DNA of 64,000 bases. Source: Piromyces finnis finn (lineage: Eukaryota > Fungi > Neocallimastigomycota). Shown piece by piece: positions 49,386 through 62,481 of the stretch. The stretch spans positions 372,001-436,000 of the forward strand of contig MCFH01000017.1 in assembly GCA_002104945.1 (NCBI GenBank), read 5' to 3'. How positions within the stretch are numbered: position 1 is the stretch's first letter; each line of letters opens with the position of its first letter. A program made the translations under genes and the position numbers. The notes beneath the pieces were generated by a model. That model was given only the letters and a program-made list of their open reading frames with translations, did not search any database and was not told where the DNA came from.

Positions 49386-50618
49386 CTTTTGTTGTTCTTC
49401 TGTTTCTTATGTTTGGAAGACTTGGAAGTTTGTTCAATAGATTTCTTTCCTTTGTTTTTCTTTGCGAATAAATTATATTCGTAATCTTCTAGCTTGTGAC
49501 CATGTCTACAGATAGCGCATAGTAATTATTTTTGGTTACTTTGGGTAGCTTTGGAGGAGTTGTGACTTGAAATCACTTTTGCTTCTTCCCATTAATTTTT
49601 TTTTTTTAACTTCCGAGTGCATTTCACCCATCAATCGGAGTTAGCCCCAATAGTGGTTCTTAGAGAAACGTTGGTTCATTCTTATTGCTAGGTGGTTGTG
49701 ATTCTTCTGGTCTGTCATACTGTATCTTCAGCTTTGATGCTCTCTTAAATATGTACATTAGATGCATGTCGTTGTACGATATTTCCCAACAAGGCTAAGC
49801 CTCCTATAGTCATTTTTGATCACGTGACAAGGCGCCCCTTAATGATTACACTTAATCAATTTATGTTAATATATTATGATGTAAATAATTGTAAAATTTT
49901 ATGGTACATTAATTCAATACATTATACATTAATTTAAATACGTATTCAGTACATTATTCAATAAAATATTTTACACTTGGTCACTTCTAATAATAGACCG
50001 GTTGTATTTGATGTTCTTTTGAATGTAGATTTGAAAATTGACCTTATTTTTAACTTCGGTCAAAAAATCCTTAATTTTCTTTGTTCCATCAGGATGTATC
50101 CGAGTTCTTATGAATTGAGGTAAAGAATAATAAATGATTCTTGTTTTTTCTCAATCTCCTAAATTAGAATTGTTGGATTCAACAGAGAATATTTCATTGA
50201 TCTGATGGAGTACATCCTTGCTGTCAGTTAAACTTTTGGCTTTTAAAGAATAAAGTTTCTTCATCCAATGTTGAATATCAGTTGATTCATTACCTTGATA
50301 AAGTGATTTTAACTTTTGCATTATCTCAGGTTTTAATGTGTTCTAAGAATTCTCTGGACACATTGGTACTGATGATTGATGCAGCTAAAGCGTCTTGTGT
50401 CTCTGCATCTTCCAGTTCCGTCAAGACATTCTGCTCATCTACTCCTCCATTCTTCTCCTTGGATTTTTCGACTTTCTTGAGTAAGGGACCAATAACGTCC
50501 TCCTTTGCGTAGGTGAAAATCTTTTTGAATTTCAGGATGTTGTCGATAAGAAACTGCCATTCATCAAAATTGATTTTCGGAAAACATTTCCTTTTTCGAT
50601 AAAGTGAGACTCTTAATC
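49386..50618 (-). mobile_element. Second copia family (copia-2): PBS and decayed gag, interrupted by repeat X
   Basis: NFDEWQFLIDNIL..ALAASIISTNV..MQKLKSLY gag motifs and a CAICRHGHKLED knuckle; same PBS as copia-1. Confidence 0.8.
49596..49860 (-). repeat. Repeat X copy 2
   Basis: 12-T tail at 49596-49607; contiguous homology to the three pieces of copy 1. Confidence 0.75.
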
Positions 50619-51880
50619 TATAAACTGAATATTATTTTTGTTTTATATTTAAAGTTTATATTAAAATTATTAATATATGATAGCTATGAAAAATATAAAA
50701 TACATGAAGATTTATCTTTCTTATACAACTTGTGGCTTGATTTTAGACCACTAAATATTTAATACAAATACATTAAATTAATACAAATTGTAACGATATA
50801 AAGTATCTGTAAGAAACATTATTTAATACACTATTTAATACATAATTTGATACATTAATTAAATACATTAATTAAATACATTGATTAAATACATTGTTTT
50901 ATTACATTAATTTAGTTGTATCATTTTAACCAATTCACGTATAATGTATTAAATTACTATAAAAGAATAACCTTGATTCTCTTTTGAGAAATCAAGAGTT
51001 ATTATTATATAAATTTATTAATAAATAAAGTATTAATTATTTTAAAAATAATGTTTATTTAACGTGTGTTTTTATATTTAAGTGTTAATATTTAATATTT
51101 TGCTTATTAGTATTTTTATATAATAAACTCGACATTAATGTTTTTATTTTCTTTCTCAAATTAGTAATATTTAATTATTTAATTATTATTAATTTGTAGA
51201 AGAAGTTATTTATAATTTATTTATAAGTAACTTCTTACAATAATAACTCTTCTTAAATATTCTAAAATACATATTTATATTTCTTAAAAAACTAAATTTA
51301 CAATTTCTTTTATTCTTTTATTAACAATAAACTTAACAAAGATAAGTGTAAAATTATAATTAAATATACTGCAATATAATTTCGAACCTAGAATGATAGA
51401 AAAATAAACTTTTTTTATTTATTTTATCAAAATGTAAACAAATACTATATATTGCTTAACTTTTATTTTTTATTTAATATTTTAAGAAATACTAAAATGA
51501 TATATTTAAAATAAAACAAATAATGTTATTTATATTTAATAATAATAAATAAATAAAGGTATGTTTCTTGATTTCTCCTATTTATTTATTGATTTTAACA
51601 TATGAATATATAATATGCCAAAAAAGAATTTTCATAAATTCAAATTGGATAAATAAATAAAAAATAATTATATTCATATAAATTTACACCAATTTTATAT
51701 TTTATTGGTAGTAATGGAGAATTCATATAAATATTAAATATAATATTTAAAAATCTCCTAAAACATGGACACATAAACATATAAATATATACATACATAA
51801 ACATATACAAATATATATATGTTTCCATCTGTATTCTAGATATAAACAGTGGAGCACATTTTAATATTAATAAAACATAT

Positions 51881-53362
51881 TGTAAAAGTTTATAAAAAAA
51901 GCAGATTATAAAATTTTACAATAAAACACAAAACATGAAATAAATAAAAAGAAACAAGAAAATAAATTATTTAAAATATCTCTTTTATTAATTTTATTTA
52001 GTTATTAACTAAATAATAGTCAATAACAATTACATCGTTTTAATCAAGAAATTTTACATGTATTTATATTTTTTGTAAATTATATTTTAATATACTATTC
52101 TATTTAATTATACATATATTCAATATAAAATAAACAAAACTAATTTAATACTAATTTAATTAAATAATAAAATAATAAAACTAAACTAAAACTAATTAAA
52201 TACACTTTTGATTCAATTTGAGTAAACTGCAAATTGAATACAGTCTGTAAAGATATAATATATATCTTTAGATTATTTAATAATTAACTATTAATTATTA
52301 AATAATAAATTAATATTTATTAAAATTAACTATGAAGTTTTTAATATTCAATGGAATAATTTAATAATAAATTATTTTATAATAATTCCGTCAAAATTAA
52401 ATAAAGATAAATATTTAAATTTAAGGAACAAAAGAATCCTAATTAAATTTAAATATTTCAAATATTTTAAATATTCATAATAACTTTAAATACTTTTTAT
52501 TTAATTTTAGAATAGTTTAATAATAATATACTTTCTTATTTAAATTTAGAATAGTTTAATAATTTTAACTGAGTTTTAAAAATAGATGTGTTTATATTTC
52601 AATAGGAAATATATTAAGAATAGTATTGATAATATTAAATTAATTTATAGATAATACCTGAGCTTTATTCAATTTTGAGTTTACTCAAATTAAATTAAAG
52701 GTATAATGAATTAGTTTTAGTTTAGTTTTATTATTTTATTATTTAATTAGATTAGTTTTGTTTATTTTATATTAAATATATGTTTATTTAAATAGAATAA
52801 TATATTAGAATATAATTATGAAAAAATATAAATACATGTAAATTTTATCAATTGAATCGATGTAATTGTTATTTTATTTCTAACCATTAATAAAGAAGAT
52901 AATTTTTAAAAAAAAAAAAGAAACTCCTATTTTTATTTTATCGTGTGTTTAATTGTTTTATTGTTAAATATATAATCTGTTTTAAGATTAATATTTTACA
53001 CAGTCCATGTATTACCTATATATTAATTAAATATTAATAATACTATTTATTATATATTTATAATTAAAAATGCTAATTTAAAACTACGCTAAAGTTTTTA
53101 AACTAATTTTAATTAAATAAAAACTTTTTAAGATTTAATTTGAATATTTAAAATATTTAAATTTAATTATCCATTAATTTAAATATTTATCCAGATTTCA
53201 TTTGTAACCTTGATATTTTAAAATTAATCTTTATTTAATTATTCCATAAAATTTATACAATAAATTTTATAAACAATTTTTTTTATTAAAATATCAAAAT
53301 TATTATTCAATAATTATTAATTAATTATTAAATAATTTAAAGATATACTTTATATCTTTACA
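51881..53362 (-). mobile_element. Solo LTR family A split by an A2 LTR
   Basis: Halves at 51881-52245 and 53001-53362; flanks CATAT/TATAT (one mismatch). Confidence 0.88.
52246..53000 (+). mobile_element. Solo LTR subfamily A2
   Basis: TGTAAAGATAT..TTTTACA; TSD CAGTC at 52241-52245 and 53001-53005. Confidence 0.92.
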
Positions 53363-53373
53363 TATATATTATA

Positions 53374-53706
53374 TGATAATAAATGTTGTTATAATATCCT
53401 TCGTTAGTCAACAAATATAACAACATTTCTTAAAATATAACTAAATTTAACGAGTGGATACTAACTCCACTGTAGAGGGTACATTCTTGAGATACACATT
53501 CTTAATATTATTAAATTAATTAATTTAAAAATTATATTTTTATAACATATTACATATATATTTTATTATTATTATGATAATAAATGTTGTTATAATGCCC
53601 TTCGTTAGTCACAAAAATAACAACATTTCTATATATAAAATCTAACGAGTGAATAGAATTTCACTGTAGAGGGTATACTCTTAAGAGATAAATTCTTAAG
53701 ATCATC
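53374..53706 (+). ncRNA. Putative structured RNA motif, two tandem copies (period 201 bp)
   Basis: Five complementary segment pairs are kept in both copies with compensatory or wobble-compatible changes; the class is unknown. Confidence 0.45.
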
Positions 53707-55248
53707 GAATAAATTAATTTAATATATATGTATATATGACTATTTAATTAAATTATTATGACAATTCTTTTAATTAATATTTTAATAACAACTCAATAAA
53801 TAATTTGAGTTGCAATATTATTATTTTATATTAATTTCTTATTATTAAATAATATCATAATAATTTAATTAATGCAAGTATTAAATACATTTAATACTTA
53901 AATGAAATTCGTTAGAATTTCATAAGTTATTTGTTCTAGATACAAATAACATTAAAAGTCTCCTTACATTTACTATAATGAATTTTTAAATTCATTTATT
54001 AAAAGGAGCAATAAGAAACAATAAATTGTTTCTTAAAAAACAAAAACAAACAAAACAAAAAAAAAAAAAAAATATTGTTTCTTAAAACTTTTTAAAATAA
54101 TTATAAAAATAGAATACCTTGTCAAGAAATAAGTATTTGTTTCTTACAAGGTAATAAAAACAATAAACAGGAAAGGAAAAGGTAATGTTTATAAAATATA
54201 TAATATATTATTATTATTTAAAATAAGTGAAAATATATGTATATTTGTTTAATGTTTTATTACTTTATTACTTCTATTTTATTAGAATTATCGGTTATTA
54301 AGTTTTTCCCAATTAAATAATAATTGGTTTTGCTTAATAATACGAGACTAATATGTATAGAGTATTAGTCGAATTTTCTAGAGTTTTTCTACTAATATTT
54401 TCTCTAGAAGAAATTGTTAAGATTAGAAAACACTTTAAAATTTTATGTTAGTTTAGAATTAAATAGTATTAATAGTTTATTTAATTAATTTATTTATTCA
54501 TTACTAACTTTTAATGGTGCTCCTAAGTATCTTTTAATTTCTTGATAAGTTATATAACTTATCAAAGTAAAAGGAGCAATGTAAGAAACATAGATAAATT
54601 CTATATAATTTATCTATTTTCTTATTAATTAATATTTATTATTATTTATTGTTTAATACATTAATTTAATACATTATTTAATACACTATTTAATACACTA
54701 TTTGTAGAAGAAGTTATTTATAATTTATTTATAAGTAACTTCTTACAGTTGATAAAGAATGAAATTTATAAATAATGAATTAATAGAATAGCTGATTTTA
54801 AAATTATATAAACTTAATATAAATTAAAATAATAGTAAATAATCAAAATAATATAAAATATAAATGTTTAATTAAATTTTAAAAATGTAAAATATAAACA
54901 TCTTTTATTTATAAACAAACTTAAATGTAATTATTTATTATAAATAGAAATAGAAAATATTATTTTTAAAGATTGTTACTAATTAGCCAGGAAAAGTAGA
55001 ATATTTTAAAATTATAATAAATTAATATATTTTTTTTATAATACATAGCGAGATGTATTATACATTTATTTTAAATAAATAAACTAATATTATAAAACAA
55101 GATGTGTTTTTTAAACTTTAAATTATATTTAATAATTATATAAACTTGTAGAATGAGCAAGTAAAAATAAATCATTCAATTACACACAAATATACCACTT
55201 TCTAAGCTTATTTAGAATTAAGGTATATTTGAACGTGTGTCACAGTAT

Positions 55249-57438
<2,190 letters not shown>

Positions 57439-58327
57439 GTATCGTTATAACTACTAAGATAGCTCGGTGGTACATAGTTCTGGTTTAGTATGGATTATGT
57501 CACTGGTTCAAAAACCTACTATTTACTTTTTATAATTTATATTTTAATTAAATGAATAATTAGATAAATTATATAAATTAAATGTATGAATAATTATAGA
57601 ATAGATAAATTTTACATTAATGTAAAATCCAATCATGTATTATAGAATTAGAATTAACGAATATAAATAACTATGTATTATTTTTATTTCATGCTCTTTG
57701 AGCTATTATTAACATTCAATAATAATAAATAAAATAATATAAAATCCAAAATAATAATATTTAATTCTGTGTTTTTATTTATTTATTTATTTTATTTATT
57801 GTTAATTCCTACAACCTAGTGGTTATCATTAGTTCTTGTTACAATAGGTATCGGAGGTCACCAAAAGATTATCGGCCATACTTGGCCTATAACTGTGGAA
57901 CACATGAATCACTCATGCCAGTTACAATTTTACGTCGTAGACTTGCCTTCTTACTGTTGTATTCTTGGCTCTGACTGGCTAGTCATTCACAATCCGACAA
58001 TCAATTTTGCTAGTAAGGACGTTTCCTATCATTCTGGATACTGTAAAGAAAATTGCTTAAAGAAAGAATCTGTTAATTCTACCTCTTCTGAACCTGAAGA
58101 CCAATCGAAGGGTGAAATGCCAACTGAAAATACACCTGAGTACCCTTTTAATGTATTCACTTGCTTAGAAGAACCTGAAGTTGAGTCACCCCAGATTCCA
58201 ATTCACTACTCTCAGCACTCTAGAGTGTTCGAGGAAAAGTTCGCTGATAAACTTCCCCCTCATCGCCCGTACGACTGTGAAATCAACCTGAGACCAAATA
58301 GCAACTTGTTTTATGGTCCAATCTACC

Positions 58328-58729
58328 TGTAACAACGCGAGAGACTCAGGTTAACACAATACTAATTAACTATTTTTTGTATTAATAGTATATTTTATTA
58401 ATAATTTGATTTTTAATATTATTAATACAAATTAACCTTTACTAATTCTAAAGACTAAATTTACATGAATTTTATAAATTATTTATATTTACTATTTATA
58501 AATATTATTTAATAATTATGAATAAACATTATTCATATTGATTGGTAACTTCAATTATTTAAATAAAAAGAAGAAATAGAAATATACAAATATTATGGAT
58601 TAAATATAGAGAACCCGGAGTCGAACACATGACAAGTAGGTCAGCGTCCAACAACCTGATGGCGAAGCCAGCTTGGGGAACCCCGAAATATAATTTCTTG
58701 GAAAAGGTACAAAACCTTTATACGTTACA
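58328..58729. mobile_element. Solo LTR family E (402 bp)
   Basis: TGTAAC..GTTACA termini; TSD CTACC at 58323-58327 and 58730-58734. Confidence 0.92.
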
Positions 58730-58942
58730 CTACCGACTTACTGAGAAAGAATCAAAGGTATTAGAAGAAACCATTAATGAAAATTTAAAAAAGGGGTTTA
58801 TCCGCAAATCCAAATCGCCTGCTGGTGCTCCCGTTCTGTTTGTCCCGAAGAAGAGTGGAGAACTTCGTATGTGTATCGACTACCGCCGCTTGAACGAAAT
58901 CACCATTAGGAACTCGTATCCTCTCCCATTGATCCAAGATAT

Positions 58943-59667
58943 TGTAAAAGTTTATAAAAAAACAGATTATAAAATTTTACAATAAAACATAAAACACGAA
59001 ATAAATAAAAAGAAACAAGAAAAACAAAATATATTTAAAAATATCTCTTTTATTAATTTTATTTAGTTATTAACTAAATAATAGTCAATAACAATTACAT
59101 CGTTTTAATCAAGAAATTTTACATGCATTCATATTTTTCGTAAATTATATTTTAATATACTATTCTATTTAATTATACATATATTCAATATAAAATAAAC
59201 AAAACTAATTTAATACTAATTTAATTAAATAATAAAATAATAAAACTAAACTAAAACTAATTAAATACACTTTTGATTCAATTTGAGTAAACTACAAATT
59301 GAATACAGTCCATGTATTACCTATATATTAATTAAATATTAACAATACTATTTATTATATATTTATAATTAAAAATGCTAATTTCAAACTACGCTAAAGT
59401 TATTAAACTAATTTTAATTAAATAAAAACTTTTTAAGATTTAATTTGAATATTTAAAATATTTAAATTTAATTATCCATTAATTTAAACATTTATCCAAA
59501 TTTCATTTGTAACTTTGATATTTTAAAATTAATCTTTATTTAATTATTCCATAAAATTTATACAATAAATTTTATAAACAATTTTTTTTATTAAAATATC
59601 AAAATTATTATTCAATAATTATTAATTAATTATTAAATAATTTAAAGATATACTTTATATCTTTACA
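58943..59667 (-). mobile_element. Solo LTR family A
   Basis: Matches the gypsy-1 LTR; TSD GATAT at 58938-58942 and 59668-59672. Confidence 0.95.
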
Positions 59668-60194
59668 GATATGTTGAATCATCTAGGAAAATCTAAGGTG
59701 TTTTCGAAGCTAGATCTTCGATCCGCCTACAACTTGGTAAGAATCAAAGAAGGCGATGAATACAAAACCGCCTTCACCTGTCAATTTGGCCATTTCGAAT
59801 ATCTGGTAATGCCTTTCGGTCTCAAGAACGCTCCTGCAGTCTTCCAACATTTTATTAACGACGTTCTTGAAGGCATTATCGGTAAATTTGTCTTTTCGTA
59901 TAAACGATATTATCATTTTCTCTGATAATATAATTGAACATCGTGAACACGTCAATGAAGTTCTTCGTAGACTCGAAAAAGCTGGATTGTATGCTAAATT
60001 AGAAAAATGTCTATTCGACTCTCCTTGTCTTGACTTCCTTGGTCATGGAATCTCCGTCTCTGGTATCGGAATGGATCCTAATAAGGTGAAAGCCATTGCT
60101 GAATGGCCGACTCCTAAATCGGTCCATGAACTACAATCTTTCCTAGGCTTAGCCAACTATTATCGTAGATTTATTCCTGGCTTTGTTAAAATTG

Positions 60195-60711
60195 CTATTC
60201 TATTACAATAACACTAAATAAAATAAGAAATAAATTGTTTTATTAAAAAAATATCTTTTATAATAGAAATTTATTAACAATTACATCGATAAAATGATGA
60301 AAAATATCTTCTATTTATATTTTTCCTAAATACATTTATATTATATTATAACTATTTATTTCTTATATATTATTATTTAAAATCTACACAAAAATCTTAA
60401 TTATTAATAATTATTTAAACTATAACTATTTTTAGTAAAATACAGTTAGCAATTCAAATTAAGTACCATTCAATTTGAATATGAGCCCATATATTATTTA
60501 TATATTAATCATTTATTATTTATATACTATTCATCTTTTTCTATCAAAAACAATACTAAAACTAAGAAAATAAATTGAGAAATTTAATTTATTTGTAAAA
60601 CAAATTATGTCCCATTTTCTTTTTCTGTAATATAATGTGTAATTTAAACAATAATGTTTATGGCTTAAGTTACATTAAAGATATCAATCTGTGGCGTTTG
60701 ATATCTTTACA
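60195..60711 (-). mobile_element. LTR family B, nearly complete
   Basis: Homologous to 47435-48015; joined to gypsy-2 RT through CTATTC microhomology; followed by GTGAC. Confidence 0.85.
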
Positions 60712-60831
60712 GTGACAGACCAGGAGGGTCACAACTACCTAGCAATAGAAAAGAGGCAATATTTCTCTAAGAATCACCATTGGGGCTTACTCTAATTGAT
60801 GGGAGAAATGCACTCGAAAGTTAAAAAAAAA
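60712..60831 (+). repeat. Repeat X copy 1, 3' piece with poly(A)
   Basis: Reverse complement is homologous to 49596-49722; ends GAAAGTT followed by 9 A. Confidence 0.78.
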
Positions 60832-61139
60832 CAGTTTATTATAATAATATTTATAAATAGTTTAAATACATAATAATTTTTACATATATAATATAAATAT
60901 TTTTAAGTATGGAAGAATCTAAAGATATAAAATATATGCAATATTTTCCTGTTGAGGATATTGACAACATATATAATAAAATATCTAAAAATTTCAAAAA
61001 AAATAAAAGATTGACTCCTTATATTGACCAAGTAAATAAAAGTTAGAAATTATTTAAAAAAATAAAAACAGAAGAAATTGATTGTGATTCTAAATTTAAA
61101 AAAGTATGTTATTGAACTATTCTAAATTTAATAAAAAAT

Positions 61140-61370
61140 ATTTTGAATACTTAAAATACTTGAAATACTTAAATTTAATTGAAATTCTTTTATTCCTTAA
61201 ATTTAAATATTTAACTTAATTTAAATTTAACGGAATTATTATAAAATAATTTATTATTAAATGTAAAGATATCAAACGCCTCAACTTAACATCTTTAATG
61301 TAACTTAAGCCACAAGTTACACAATTTATATTACAGAAAAAGAAAATGAGACATAATTTATTTGTTAATA
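61140..61370. repeat. Inverted A2/B LTR junction fragment
   Basis: Reverse complement of about 47900-48130, with an 8-nt difference at the junction. Confidence 0.75.
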
Positions 61371-61629
61371 GTGGCTTCGCTAATTTAGATGAGGATGTTA
61401 ACAAAATATTAAATAATGTTGTATTATCAGGAGCTAAAGGTATTGTTCAAGCTATATTGAAAGCTATAGGTAATGAACATTTTATAGAAGTTATAAGTTT
61501 AGAGTTGGGCGATTTTTTTAATAATGAATATATAGATTATAAGGAAATGTTTATGTATTTTGTATATGCTAATTCAATGCCTATTGATTTTGAATTACGT
61601 AAAAAGAATATTTGAAGGCAGTAACGAAA

Positions 61630-61795
61630 ATTATGAATGCAGATTGTTGTACGATATTTCCAAACATAATGCTAAGCCTCATATAGGCAATACGATCACG
61701 TGTCAACTGCCCCCTAATATTTATATACTAATATTTACACTTATGTTGATTAATGAATATTGTATGTGTATTTGGTATAGCCTAAATCACCACTT
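61630..61795 (-). repeat. Repeat X copy 3 (fragment)
   Basis: ttgtacgatatttcc..gctaagcctc..gatcacgtgtcaactgcccccta..tttggtatagcctaa. Confidence 0.7.
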
Positions 61796-62259
61796 TTAGT
61801 ATTTAGACAGACTAGAAATATTGGAATGAAATAAAGTATTAATAAAACATATATTATTTAAAATTTAATTTTTCTATCATTCAAATCACGTGATCTCATT
61901 TGTGAATTAGGATTTATTATTCAATTATAACTCAATGGTAATTCAATTATTCAATTGTAATTAAAAATATTTTAAAACTAAAAAAAATAAAATAATTAAT
62001 TAAAATGATAATAATATTTCATAATAATGATAACCCAGTTCTATTTACTTTTTAGGGGAAAACTTCATGAGTTGTTTTGGTCTAATTCTTGATTTATTTT
62101 ATTGTAAAATTCTATGGATAAGATGATTCATATTTGTTTAAACTCCGACTTGACACTTCTTCATATATCGGTACGGTTAATTATGGAGTCTAGGTAGTCG
62201 TTAGCAGTGATTCTAGATTAATCATTTAATAATTATATATTATCTATCTATTTCTATTA

Positions 62260-62419
62260 AAACTAATACTAAGAATGGGGATTAAAATTGATAAATTTAT
62301 TAACTTTAATTATTAATAAATTATGACCCATTTTCTTTTTCTGTAATAATGTGTAACTTAACAATATTTATGGCTTAAGTTACATTAGATATCAAGCTGT
62401 GGCATTTGATATCTTTACA
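62260..62419 (-). mobile_element. LTR family B end fragment
   Basis: Ends gatatcaagctgtggcatttgatatctttaca, like 48015 and 60711. Confidence 0.75.
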
Positions 62420-62481
62420 CCGATTTAGGGGTTCTAGCTTAAGAATATTTTCAACCTTAGATTTAATGGGAAGCTGAATAA

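Larger units (their letters stand above)
57844..60200 (+). mobile_element. Decayed Ty3/gypsy pol fragment (gypsy-2) split by two solo LTRs
   Basis: Protease end (ILGSDWL) and RT ([22 protein letters not shown]-like region, [12 protein letters not shown]). Removing the inserts restores GPIY-RLTE and PLIQD-MLNHL. Confidence 0.9.

Noticed and set aside
47281-49390. CTATT/CTTTT as the TSD of the A2 LTR
   Set aside because: Left flank is a B LTR and right flank is copia gag, so they were never contiguous; recombination or deletion is more likely.
53374-53706. Assignment to twister, pistol, HDV-like or hammerhead ribozymes
   Set aside because: No adequate twister P1 or CAAGC loop, no pistol GCG, no catalytic C in the HDV J4/2 position, and CTGTAGA is not CTGANGA.
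57455-57520. tRNA-like sequence (TAGCTCGGTGG..GGTTCAAAAACC)
   Set aside because: It has A/B-box resemblance, but the D, anticodon and T stems do not pair; at most a SINE-head relic.
58610-58700. Hammerhead-like CTGATG..GGGGAACCCC-GAAA and a reverse B-box in LTR E
   Set aside because: Core A9 is missing, stems I and III cannot form, and there is no matching A-box on the same strand.
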